Assembly (NCBI GenBank): GCA_965655095.1
Contig: OZ296649.1
Coordinates: forward strand, 76,384,001 to 76,448,000
Length of the DNA: 64,000 bases
DNA from: Haplodiscus bocki
Lineage: Eukaryota
Direction: 5' to 3'
Shown: positions 51,701 through 64,000 of the stretch, piece after piece
Position numbering within the stretch: position 1 is the first letter of the stretch
How the letters are laid out: every line of letters begins with the position of its first letter
Notes under the pieces: generated by a model
Seen by the model: the letters and a program-made list of their open reading frames with translations, nothing else
What the model was told of the DNA's origin: nothing
The model's database searches: none
Position numbers and translations under genes: made by a program

Positions 51701-54490
51701 TATAACTCACTGGCGGGTTTCATTAGCTGATGACAAAAATGCATTCTACCATCAAGATCGACAATATACGCCAAAAAATGCGAAAGAATTTTTTATCCGA
51801 CAATCACTCAGAACAATTTTGTCAATATACACATATTCGACGTACCAAAAAGAGATTTCATCATGTTGGACCAGCAATTAATAACACAGAAAGAGTTACA
51901 ACACATCTATGCAGGTGATCTGCAAAAAATGGAAGACATTTTGATAGGAACGAGTTTTCAGAGAGGTCAAGCGGATCAACTAAAAACTCAGTTGAAACTC
52001 TCGCTTACTTGTTACTTGAACAGTGCGTTGTGGGGAGCTGAAGCAGAAGTTATACATCTTTAGAGGGCAGATGGATTTGTCTACCTGCGTGCATAAGCCA
52101 AACTGGAAGGTACTGGAGTTGAAAATGATTTTTTTGTCTGTTCTATTGGGCAGCGGTAAGGAAACAGCTTTGAAGCATATGAACCCCATCGCCAGAGTTG
52201 TTTTTATCAAACCTATGCGTTGACTAAGAGCAATCTTCTATCCCAAACCCGAAAAGATTTTCGAATGGCTCATGCAATATGTGTGCTAAGAAAAATGAGA
52301 TCACCAGGGTCAGCCAGCGTCGATGTTCAGCAAAACCAGACAACAAACAAAACCACACGAAGTCGAGGGTTTGAATGAAAAAGAATTGTCTACAATAGAC
52401 GATAATTGGAGGAGCCGTCGATGTAGGACATTCGAACATTGTAGAATAAAGATCCTGGCGAAAAAGGTAAATCGGATAACGAAGTCCCCCATGCCAAATA
52501 TCTCACGAGTAGTGTTCTGATTTGAATATACCACATCGAAAACCGGGTTCCAGCTGCGGTGCGTTCAAAGGTTTCGAAAATCTTAAGAAAAACACATTGC
52601 TGTGATTTTGTGGACCGCCGGGGAAACTGCACTAACCATTCTCTTTTTAACATTTTTACGTACTCTGTTACGTTTTACAATGAAATTATTCTTCATTATC
52701 AAAATCAGACAATTGGGAACTGAGACTCGTTTCGTTCTAGTGTTGACCATGTTTAAGGTGTACAATCAATGACTCGCAGAGGTCCAAGAGATGAGTAAAT
52801 CTTAGCTGGTAAAAAAGCGTTAGTAGGGAGCAAAAAAAAATCCAGCAGAGCAACTGCATGGAGAGTTAAGGAAAAGGTTAAAAAAACCTAAAGATTATTT
52901 TACTGAAGATTTTTCACAAAAACACTTCAATAGGAAGAACATTTTCTGTTCAGAAATGGCAGATGGACGCATCAGTGAGTCCGACTACTTTTTACCCGAA
53001 CTGTACCCAATAAAGTCAGAAGTGGCATCAGGACTGTACAGGTTATAAGGATGTAATTCCGGGCATCAAGAAGTGGCTCCTGATGAAACTTTGAGACCTG
53101 CAAACATCAAACTGAGATCCGATATCTTTCCAACTCGAGTGTTCGAGCTTTGTCAGGTGTTGGAAGTTTCGAAAATGAAAAACGATGCATTAGAAGAGCA
53201 GCTATCGTTGGCCGAAGTGCAAATCAATGTGGGGAACGACAACCAACGGCGCTGAATTCAAGAACTTGAGTTCGGCGTGAGACTCCAACGGGACAAAATC
53301 CGACAATTGACAGAGGAACTGAACAGGCAGCTCTTATTGGTAAAGAGTGAAAGAAACAAAGCAAAAGCAACAGAGAAATTGATTCCTGAAATCAAACAAA
53401 ACAAATTTTTACAACGAACATTCACGCTGTCTGAGATTTTGTTGGCCCACAAGAAAACTGACGTAGAGCCCGTTACGATGAAGTACGAGAAGTTGGTACC
53501 TTTAACCCATCCGGTTGTCGGATGTTGCGACGATCACTGAGCGATTTTAAACGTTGAGAATGTCAGAGTACTATATGACCAAAAGGGCCTTGAAAAAGCC
53601 GTCGACGAGATATGGATTAAGGCTAATTGCACTGAATAACCGAGTTTTCGTACTTTCAGCTTCAAAAAACTTTGGTAGCCGGAAATCAACAACACTAGCT
53701 GAATACATGAAGTGTGGACACCTCCCGAAAACGAAGTAAAGGTGGACTCCGTCTTCTCCTTTTCGAAGAAAATGAGTCGAATTCCTCTCAAGAACATACA
53801 AGCGAAAAATGTCTATCCATTGTCAACAACAAGTTGGAAGCATAACAAAAGTAGTCTGTTGTTTAAGCATACATCCCAAAGATGGAGTTACTGTGTACTA
53901 CGTCTCTGAAGTTTTCACAGTCAAACCAGAGATGCAGGCAGGATTCTTCCGCAATGAGGGTAAACACAGCAAAGCCCGGTATGTTGCAGCTGCCGAATCT
54001 CTTTATCCATTGTCTTCGGTAAGAGGGTAGATATAGGTGAAGCAAAACTTGTTGACATCCAGGACCTGAGCATTGCTCTGAAGAACAAACCAAACAGCCT
54101 GTTTTCTAAGCTAGAAGCCATCAGACAAGAAGTATTCTCCTTGCAGAGGAAAGCGGAAGTAACAAAAGGGGAGTTGCAGTCCTGGAAAGACTGGACCCAG
54201 CAGCGCCAACTCTTTTTCTCCTTCTCAACGAGCAGACGAAGGCAATCTTGCAGAAGCAAAATGCAGAGTCCCAGAACAGCACAGCGGTGGAAGAACCTGA
54301 CGAGCAGAGCAAGCGATCTGAAAGCTAACCCAGGCAACTGCCAGTCAAAGCAGACACCGTTACAATGTTGAATTAGGAGATTCGGTCTTGAGATAATGCC
54401 ACAAAGAGAGACGAATTTCTCACCCTTTAGGAGCAACTGATGCTGCCGAAAGACACACCCGCTGAGGTAATCACAAAATTGCTGTAAGTT
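45721..54490 (+). mobile_element. Decayed Ty3/Gypsy element with two extra ORFs after pol
   Basis: PBS-like tagtgtcagg at ~45885; gag knuckle CVQCGNTTH; RT SDWAVPSILVPKK...YRLILDY and VYLDD (~48305); RNase H THASLVGLGTIL; integrase LHSDKGTNFMS...LCRILG; PPT-like tract at ~50865. Weak LTR-like similarity between 45760-45880 and 54375-54485. Confidence 0.8.
52957..54370 (+). pseudogene. Extra coiled-coil-containing ORF inside the Gypsy element, function unknown
   Basis: Mostly one frame with sparse stops (MADGRISESDYF...ALEEQLSLAE...RDKIRQLTEELNRQLL...GVTVYYVSEVF). Confidence 0.55.
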
Positions 54491-54799
54491 GAGTCCGCCG
54501 TGTCACCCAGAACAAAGAAGATCTGAGGCTTGGTTTGTCTCGCTTTAACAGGCTCACTGCATTCTTACAGACGATGACGCCCGAAACGTGTCTAACTGTG
54601 CCAAGCTGCAGATGATGCTCTCAGCTTCGAAAATAATCAAAACAGGTAAATTTTCATTTTCTTTGGGCTGCTGCTGAAATTCATTTTTCTAGTCGGCCCA
54701 ACAATCGCTCTTGATTTCTTGTTTTGGTGCATTGAAGCTGCTCCATTTTTAAAGCGAAACAAAATAGCTTCCTAAACGAATTTGAGAATCATCGAGAGT

Positions 54800-56310
54800 T
54801 TATTAAGAGGGATTAATTTACGGTCCGTTATGAAACACTATTAAAGTGACAACCCCTTATACCAGGCTGTCGACCTCACCAATTTTTGCAGAGCCACTGT
54901 CGGGTTTCAAAAGGTTAGCTTAACAAAACCATGAACCTTTCCATAAAAAATCGAATTTTGACCAACATTCTCATTGATATGGAATGCCTAAGCAAATGGG
55001 GAAGTCGGCCATTTCATATCGTTGCTATAAACCTTAGTAACTTTTTGCTTTGATATTAAAACAGCTTTTCATAAACAAATTCTGTTTGAAAACTCTTCTC
55101 CTAAGAACATTGTTCGTCCGGAACATTTTCTAGACGTTTTACTTTTTTCCCTGCAATCTATAGGACACCAGAGGCGCAAGATAAAAATCAGCTACCATTC
55201 AACACGTGTGATAAGTGCATGAGAAACATTTTGAGGGAAAATATTGGGGAGTTGCACAAGCATGTCAAAGTTCTTCGAATGCAAATCATAAAACGAGTTC
55301 CTCAACCTAACAGAGGATCAGAGGGCACGGGTCCTTCGACTGTTTCGGTGTCCAGGTTTCTGAACACGTCAGTTGCCTTTTGTGTCTAAATTTGTTTGTC
55401 AATTATCTGGCATCAAGTAATAAGGTAATCAAACGAGGGTCCAAAAAGTTACAACTTCTATCGTAAAAGTCAAAGCATTTTGAGGTTTCCTACTGCGTTT
55501 CCGTTGTCAGCATACCCTATTTGTGTTCACGCTGGTTTCTTCTAGTAGATCCAGGACAAGCAACAGCTCCAAACCATAATACATGAAAACTACCAGGAGA
55601 TCTGCTTGACGTTCATCATTTGGAGACAAAGGGGGTTACCCGTTAGCGCATAAGTTTATTGATGCTCTATATGAGTTAAGAAGGGCTGTGATTTTCGCCA
55701 GACAGATTTCATTCACCTTCCGCAAGGCCAGTTTTCTCTTTACACTGCTGAAGGCAGTTTTCGCATCCATGAAAGTGTTCACAGCGTTTGAGTTTTGGAT
55801 GTTCAATGCTGCACTTTTGACACAGTCAAAGCTGTCGGTTTTGACTAAAAACCTCTAAATCGTTGCTGCTACATCAAGTGTAATCCTTCACATGATACGT
55901 ACTGGAAAGTGTCCTACATCAGATGGTTGCGCCCATGGATTTTCATCACATGAAAAGAGATGACATGCAATGTCTATTGTCAGACTACCACCATGGAAGT
56001 TATTTGTTGTCAAATCCATAGCAAAAGTCGAAAATGCGGAAGAGAGGTTTATCGACGACTGACCAAAACTTCAAAGCAATTGGTTCTAGTGATTCGAAAC
56101 CCGACTGGAAAGTTCATGACTTTATGCTTTCCAAGTGTAACCAGCAAACTTTTTCGTCCGTAATATTTTTTATTCTGTGCAAACGGGCAAAACGATGCTC
56201 CGCAGTTCAATATGTGGTGCTTGTGAGAACTTTAATCGTTTGCTGCCACAGTTTAGGATGATTTCCTCACAAAATCTGCATCACGGTCATTCCTCCTATT
56301 TTGTCGTATA
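54800..56310 (-). pseudogene. BTB-BACK-PHR-like remnant 3
   Basis: RFCEEIILNCGSKRL / HKHHIL (56234-56278), VDKPLFRIFDFCYG (56015-56056), DTFQYVSCEGL / SSNDLEV (55850-55915). Confidence 0.55.
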
Positions 56311-57199
56311 GTGAAAGCACAAACCCGGTTTGCGTCTCCTTCAGGAGCCATAATGCCTTCAAAAGTTTTCCTGTGACCATCTGAATGTCATTTTTATTAA
56401 TCGCATGGTAACTTTTACGTTGGTTCTTCTTTGACTATGGTGTTACAGCGTCCCTGCATTTCTGAGGAGGGTTTCCAACCTATAATTCAACTAGTCAGCC
56501 AATGTGCTCTCAACGCTTTACCAATTAAAGCGTCATGCTCGCCCTTATTTCCAGCAGGGATAGGATGTCGCATGAGTTTTGATATATAAAGAAAGGATTC
56601 GAAAGAATGTGTGTTTTCGGAAGTATGCTCAAAACAGAAATGGAGGAGGTCGATCAAACAATTTTATGTTTTCACTCACCGTGATAAACAACGGTCCACA
56701 TTCAAGACAATTGACATTACTGTTGCTTCTGGGTTTGTTGCCGTCAACGGAAAAAAACCCAGAAAAGATAAACAGATATGAGTCTTCAAATACTTAGTAA
56801 AGACTTGACAGCAGCTGCAGTGATCGTTTAAAACAGCTACTTTGATGAAGGTGTTCAAAATCTGTTGGAAAATTTTTCGAAAAGATTGCACCGAAATTTC
56901 AATTTTGTGCCTCTTTTGTAGTGTATATCGGAACACGACTTCTTTTTAATTTATATATTTATTTCCAGGAAAACCAACTTTTAGCTTTGTGTTTCGTTCA
57001 TTCAATTGTTATGACACAAACTGACACTTGGTGCTTAAACAAAAGAAAAAAACTAAACCCGAATAACAATTGATTATTGGTATAAGTTTCAGTTTTTTAG
57101 AAATGTTTTTTCTTGAAAAAATTGAAACTGAAAAAAAAATTCGAAAGAAAAAACTACACTGGAAAAAACAGGGGGGTTCATGTTCGAAGGAGAAAAGCC

Positions 57200-57900
57200 A
57201 CCTGGCGGAAAATCTGAAGCGTTCTTCGTTTTCCTTCTGTGCTGTACATCGCCGCAACAGTTGATAAAAATAAGAGCTAAAATGCTATCCAGAGGAAAGC
57301 CCCTACTGCTGGGATGGTGAGACTTTGATTGCAAGCTACGTGTCCACGCCCTGCGTGCATTGGGTTTGAAACAGAAGAATTTTGTCAAAGAAAGGAAAAA
57401 GCTTCTTTATCACGTTTATCAGAACAATTAGGTTTTCACAACAACTTTTTCACTTTTACACGTCGCACTCTTGAGTTTTGCTTGGGTCATTGACGAAAAA
57501 CATTCTTAAGGGGTACCTAGATGGTCAACACCTCAGGAAGAATAAATGAGTTTGGGTTTTTGAACTTTACTAGCTGTTGAAACCTGAAACGATTTAATTA
57601 AACTTAACAGAAAATCAAATTCCCATGCGCGTCATCTTGGCCATTGCTACCGACTTAGTTGATGGTAGGCGTCTGTGTTGGGCGATCGATGCTCAATTGG
57701 GCGTAAGTGAAACCCATAACCTGGCCTGGTTGATCATCTCTAAAAGAATATAGACACCAGCCAAGTACTTTGTCAGGTTTGTATTCGTTTGTCGAGCTCA
57801 ACGGTTACGTCGCTCAAACAAACCGACTGAATAGTCTTGAAGAAAAACGGAAAAGAAGTTCGGAAGTCAAAATATTTTTTTGACATTTTCTCTGAAGTTT
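57200..57900 (-). pseudogene. BTB-BACK remnant 4
   Basis: LSDVTVELDK (57788-57817) followed by a frameshifted DKVL..VSIFF; downstream NC...KEAFSFL.QN. Confidence 0.4.
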
Positions 57901-59189
57901 ATCGCCTCTAACTTGTTTGTTTGTAGCTCTGGGTTTTGTGATGGCTAACGCTTAGTATCACAAACTGTAATGTCTGGATTGGTTTATTTCAAGTCCAAAA
58001 CTATCTATTTTTTATAGGAAGAAATTGTAATACTTTCCGCTGTTGATAAAAACGCAGTTTTATGGTTTTGGTAATCCAGATAAGGTTCCAATTTTTCAAA
58101 TTTTGGCCGAGGTTCCCTTAAAATTGACAAATTGCCCACCGACTGTGCTGGTTACTGTTATCAACATAATACCTTTCAGCTACAAGGGTTTGTTAGATTG
58201 GGTGCTAACTGTACTTCCTTGACCTTAGTGGTTGAAACCAATCACACACTTACTCACTCGGACTTCGCTTTTACTGTTAATATCAGACATGTTGGAGTGA
58301 ATTTTTAGAGTAGGGTCAGTCTCATGTAAAAAATGATGGGTTCATTGGCCAACCTAAAAACCATAGTGAAATCTTTTCCATGGAAGTTCAAAACCCAAAA
58401 TGGCTTTAAGGTTGCCTTAAACCTAGGAGTGATAGGGCTCTAATACTACCGTAAGACTACTTAGTTAATGTGTTTCACATTTTGCAAAATTGAAACAAGC
58501 AAAAAAAGTCACAAAAAAGTTGGAGTCCCCAATGGAAAAATCTGCTTGCCAAACGCAACTTAAGTCCTTGAACTGATGATGACCTAAAATTAAATAGGAA
58601 ACTAGGACTTCGTCTGCAAGCACTTCTAATAGTGTAGTTGATGTCTTTTGGCGACAGGTACGGAATTCGCTAACTTCAACCAGTAAACCGAAAAACTAGA
58701 GCGACAGGATTTTTTGATGCCATGGAGTTCATTCGAGTGCGACGAGATTGACAAGACATTTCCCAAAAAATTAGAATAAAAAAGTCTTGTATTAGAACAA
58801 AAAAGAACTATTGAACGTGAACTTCGGCAGATCTTATGCGGCTGGAACGTTACCAACTTTAGTTTATCAAGCAGAACGGCTGTCCGCTGCGAAACGACTC
58901 AAAAGAGTCGTTGCACAAACGCGTACAAGGAAAATGATCAAAATGATACAACGCGAGCCAGAACGTTGGAAGCATGGTTTAGAGCAAGAACGAGACAGTT
59001 TTTTTCAAACCATAAAGAAACACCTCCAATTAGAAACTGAAATGCTGCTGCGTCTCTTTGTTGCTACCAGAATCTTTTCATAAGTTCTCCAGCGACTCAA
59101 GATTCTGTCCAAAGTGGTCGGAATTCAGTTTTGTTACGACAATTGATGTTGTGTACTCCATTCTTCTCAAATTTTACCCATCGTGTAAC

Positions 59190-60700
59190 GCTGATTGTTT
59201 CAAAACACCCGCCTACACGATGATGTGCTCATTGGTGGCAATGAGGCGACTCATTGGGGCCCATTCAAGAAATTTTTCAAAAAAACGGTTGTCCGACAGA
59301 ATGATAGATTAATTGTAGGTAGGTCACACAAAAACAAATGGTTTGGCAGGAGAGTTGTACAATACAAGAAGGAATCAAATGATTAGTGCCCGAATATCTC
59401 AAAAAGTGAAACGCCCCAGACTATAGAAAAGAGGATTCAAAAACTGATCTGTGGCCAAAAAACATGAGATCTCAAAAAACTGAAAAATATATATACTTTT
59501 CTGCTGATCTATTTGAAAAGAGAATCCCCAGCTTGTTTCAGGAGTCTAAACAAAATGTTTGATCTTTTATCAAGACTTTACCCTAATGGAACTGCAAAAT
59601 CTCAAACCAGTGCTGCTTTTGCTTCGCGTATAGGACATTGACCGCAAGCCCTTAATCAATCTCTGGATGATCTTGAAAGATTTGCTTTCGCATGGAACTC
59701 CAGCAATATACAGTTACTCATGACAATAAAAGTAGACAAAATAACGGTCGGTGATCCAGAAATGATGAAAACTTCGTCATGGAAGATTTCTTTGCCATGA
59801 ATTCTCCGACGCTACGTCGTTTTCGAAAAGGTTTAAATGAGAAATTTTTGAGAGTTTGCCCAACAGAACACCCCAACCAGACATTTTTCGTGTACTCCGC
59901 AATGTATTTTTCCAAAACCTACTCAATAAAATTGTTCTACTCAAGAAATCGTAGACAAATGTCAACACGTAGTCACAGAACTCCTGTCATACCCACGGTT
60001 ACCTCTCCAAATGCAAACGACACTAGTGATGCCTTGCAGAGGAATAGAGTCGTGAGTCGACGTTTTCTCTACAACAAGTATGGGCATTGACTCCGAGAAC
60101 GTGCAAAGTAACGGGGAAATTTTACATATTTCGCTGAAAATTGCATGGAAGTCCATCCAGAAATTTACGACGCTGCTCTTTCGAATGACATGAAAAATAT
60201 TTTACAGATCACCAAACTATGGAGCAATGAACTCACCGCAACCTGTGCCATCAATCAAGTAACTAAAAACCTATCACAATAGGTAGCCAACTCGATTTTC
60301 ATCACAAGGATCAGAATGAAAAATTAGTTTGGCTGGGATTTTCGGAAATCAAAAAATTGATGCCATTTGTTTCCAACCGTAAAAAGATACAGGAGAAAAC
60401 GATTTTAGCAAAAAGGCCGTAGGAAAGCCTTTTGATGAAAAAGTAAATTTTGGTCTTGGTGACAAATCATCATTTTCAATAGCCTTTGCAAATCCGGAAG
60501 GTCCTGTTATGTTGAATTATCTCAATAGGACTAGAACTGTACGCTTAACTACGGGAATTTCTGCATGGAGACAACTTGGATGACCTGAAGTTCAATCAGA
60601 AAAAAGCAATTGTGCTCTGCTTGCATCGAACAAGAATTAAAATGAAGACTGGCAAATTCAGAACGCTTCGGTGATGATGGAATTCAATTTGATAATTCAT
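59190..60700 (+). pseudogene. BTB-BACK-PHR (BTBD1/2/3/6-like) remnant 5
   Basis: LFQNTRLHDDVLIGGNE / RRLIGAHSRNF (BTB), SADLF, EDFFAMNSPTLRRF (BACK), DAICFQP and GDKSSFSIAFANP...VRLTTG (PHR-like). Confidence 0.6.
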
Positions 60701-61399
60701 TCAATCTGATGGGAGTTTGATATGAGGTCGATTTGAAACAAGATCGAGCTTCACTCGTACAAACAATGTTTTTCCTCACTTGAATTAACTACGAATGATA
60801 AAATGCAACTGCATCACCGCCCGATGGCAGTTGCTTTGAAAAATGCTGTTATTGCTGACCATTGTTTCGCTGAACTTGCTTTACTTGAACTAGGCCTATT
60901 AGACTGTTGCATTTATGTTCGAGTTAAAAATTTTTCTCTCTTTTATAAACGCAAAAAAATGTGTGTGAGTGGAGTGAGATGTTTCTTCTGATTTTCTCAT
61001 AAATGGACACTTGCTACTATCGATTACACTAGCTACACGTACGCAATCTTTTTTAACTCCTCCGTTTTACACTGCAGCGCCAAATTGAAAAAAGAACTTG
61101 ATTTCTTGTGTTTTCTTGTGTTTTCACAACTGATCTCAGTAATTTTTTTGTTGGCGTTGGTTACCGTTTGTGGTAAAGATGTTGAAAAGATGATTAAAAG
61201 ATTTTTTTCCATTTTCGTCTCTCTCCGACATGGTTTCGAGTGATAAGTTTGCGTTTCCTACAAAGGGTTTGCGGGAAGATTTGAATGTATCACAGCGGAT
61301 AACAAGAAAGTAAAAGCACAACTTATTCCTCATCATTTGGAGGAACTTACAATGGTATTTTTGAGCCATGTTTTCAACAGAACAAAGCAGACTTTGGAA

Positions 61400-62340
61400 A
61401 AAGTAAGATTACTAAATGCAAACAGGACTGGAGACCACTGGCCTTTCCCTGGAATGCAGAACTTCGGAAAATGCAAATGTTAAAAAAACCCCGGTGCTCA
61501 AAAGACTCTGATCTGGCTGAGGCTTCTGTTTCATATTAGGCTAATGATGGCTCAGGAAAAAATTAAAGTGACTCTTTCCTGATTCTTTGACTAGACGAGT
61601 GCCTGCCTCGATTAGAACACGCCTATTCTTCCAGTTATTCGAAGTTAGAAGCAAGGTTTTGACAATTACAACTTCCAAGGAGGAAAAGTGATGTGCTCAA
61701 GATCATTTTGGCTCGTAAACTAGATTTCTCTAATAGGCAAGAAATGTTGCGGCGACCATTTAGCGAAAGATGGTAATTTTTCATAAAAACAAACAGTTCT
61801 ATTGTCTAAAAGACCCATGATGAGCTGAACTGATTAATTCTTCACAGCTACAGCTAGCCCAAAGGACCATGTCGACCGTCTGGGAGGATGGTTTGCTTGC
61901 CTGAGAGACGCCGGGTTAATTTGATTTCTCAGACTATACATTGAGAAGGAAGAAGTTTTCCACCAGAACAGTTGGCAGCCTAACAAACCGCGAAAACTCC
62001 TCTGACTCTAATCGACATAGAGACTTTTTTAAGAGTTTCCAAGTATTCTGAGAGCACAAATAATATTATGCTTCTAAAGCCAAGTCGTTGACTGACTAAC
62101 CAATTGAAAAGTTCGAAAAACCTAAGCATAATTTTGAAACATTGATAAAAACCCATTTTTGAAACAGCGCACGAATGCTTTAATTCGACATCGATGCTTC
62201 AGATATTTCACTTTCTAGCATTGTTCTTCATGAACTTTCCTCAAAAAAAACATACCACTTCAAAACCCATCTATTCCAGTCGTGGAGCTCATAGTGCTGC
62301 TGAACACAAATATGCAACTCCTATGAAGCTGAGTTGATAG
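61400..62340 (-). pseudogene. BTB-BACK remnant 6
   Basis: LCLGFSNFS..SVNDLALEA.LFVL (~62060-62131) and SEEF...LLNV*SE (61925-62010) match the BACK consensus. Confidence 0.5.
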
Positions 62341-62999
62341 CAGAGGTCTAGATTGTTTAACAAATTCTTTCCTCGTAAAAAGTTGTGAGTTTTTCCCAAA
62401 AGTTAAAGGTCGAGACCTTTTTTGGTCAACAATTTATTAGCTACAAGTAATATCAATGGATCGATTATTTATGATATACCAGTTTCATTTAGGGAAACAA
62501 CAGAGAAGTAGAAATGAACATCAGAAGTCTCCAAAAAGAAGTGATTCAGTGAGAAAATTGAGGCATTCAATTAGGATCAGAAGTAAAAGGTTGATAGAGC
62601 AACCTAATGTTAAAAAAACTCCTATTTTTTTCTTTAAAAAACGATAGGAGGGACGTCCTCGACTCTCATGGTTAGATAAAAATGGACAAAACATCTCTGA
62701 TAAGGGGTATAGAGAAACTTGTTCGACGGATCAAAAAAATTAAAAAGAACGTACCGTTAAGTAGAGATGGTAACTTCTCTTGAAGTTCTCTTTGAAAACC
62801 AACCAGAACAACTAAACCCGCAACTGATTCGGAAAACTCAAAAATGTCAATAGTAAAAACTTCATAGTAGCTGAAATGGAAGAAAAATCTCGTATACTGA
62901 AAAATGACACAAAATTTTAGCGTAATTTATTTTTCTTGAAAGCTCACAATGCTAATAACATAATCCAGTTGCGGAAATTGATTATAAGAAATGTAATTC

Positions 63000-64000
63000 T
63001 AACCAAGATATGTTTGTGAAAACTGCTTACCGGCGCACCGAATGACTCTATCGCAGGCAAAACAATCGTTTGAAAGTTAAAGTTCAATGACGGAGAACTT
63101 CTGAAAAAATTCCACAGCTAATTGAAACAAAAGCGTAGCCTCAAATGCACAACCTGGAACTTCCACCAATATCTCAAAAAAATTCTCCACCAAATTTTTC
63201 ACAAGGTGATAAAAAGAGTACATTTACGATCCGAATGGCCTGGCTTATACGGGTTTGTCCCTAAAGAGGTCGCTAACTTTACTATGGGCCATCAAACCCG
63301 ATCGCGTGCAGGACAAAACGTTTTTCGGTGGCAACTGAGTAGGTCCGCCATTCTAACATGATATTTTCAATGGAAACCTTAATGTCTCAATTGTTTCCTC
63401 TGTAAACATGCACATTTTAGATTGCATTGACTATTAGGGCGAACTAGTAGAAGTTTTAAGTGTTTCTGGTATGGTCAAAAATGAAATTTGTGTTTGGTTA
63501 TTCAGAGGTTCGTTTCGATGTAATGGTACACCCAAACCTATCCTTAGTCAGGCAGTGAATTTACAGTGGGCTTGATACAACTTTTTATTCAACCTAGATA
63601 TACGTTACGTGTTTTCCACGCTTGAACAACCACGGACGATTAGGAAGGATCATTGAACGGTAGCTCTGAATCCTGTTGGAAATTTGGAGGTGTGTCATTC
63701 TCGGCTTCTCTCGCTCAAAACGCCCCAAATACGTTTCTACTGGTGAAATTCTATATCAAAGTATAGATATTCATGAAAAATGATCAACTCATGCATGATA
63801 ATTTCACGAGATTATCCGAAAGTTTCATACTTAAGAAAACCAAAATAAACGTACGTTTATACATTTAGACGATAAAAGGAGATTCATGAAACAAGGCCAG
63901 ATCAACGACGGCAAAAGTTACGTAGTCGACTGTAACGAACTGTTTTCCTGCAATGAGCGAGTTCTTGATTGGATTTCTCTACTGGTGGAAGTGAAAACAC
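63000..64000 (-). pseudogene. BACK remnant 7, running off the window
   Basis: VTFAVVDLAL / NLLLSSKCINV (~63849-63925), then EKPRMTHL...IQ. Confidence 0.33.

Noticed and set aside
44740-55100. Homologous blocks at 44740-45030 and 54815-55060 read as LTRs of the plus-strand Gypsy element
   Set aside because: Similarity is low and tracks a minus-strand reading frame, and the blocks are not adjacent to the PBS or PPT. Paralogous BTB-BACK-PHR C-termini fit better.
42576-64000. Upstream PDZ-coding exons of the synaptopodin-like gene
   Set aside because: No PWGFRL-type motif or clean splice-bounded exon recognised. They may lie outside the window or be absent.

Overview
AT-rich animal (eukaryotic) genomic DNA. 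The repeat landscape reminds me of acoelomorph genomes, but that is unverified. Left half (1-27.7 kb): a spliced minus-strand gene for a synaptopodin-2/myopodin (calsarcin-motif)-like protein, with 5 well-supported coding exons plus a candidate 13-nt microexon. Its introns and flanks hold Helentron-like non-autonomous elements, MITE-like repeats and a decayed Ingi-like LINE. Middle (28.0-42.6 kb): a decayed minus-strand Ty3/Gypsy element with gag-pol, an extra ORF and an F-type (class I fusion) env. It has short terminal inverted repeats and an internal offset direct repeat instead of canonical LTRs, and a 4.4-kb short-LTR Gypsy element is nested in its env. Right part (43.6-64 kb): a dense run of about 6-7 decayed, apparently intronless BTB-BACK(-PHR/Kelch) genes, visible only by translating across frameshifts. 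One of them is split by a plus-strand Gypsy element that carries two extra ORFs. All domain calls come from manual motif recognition, not database searches.
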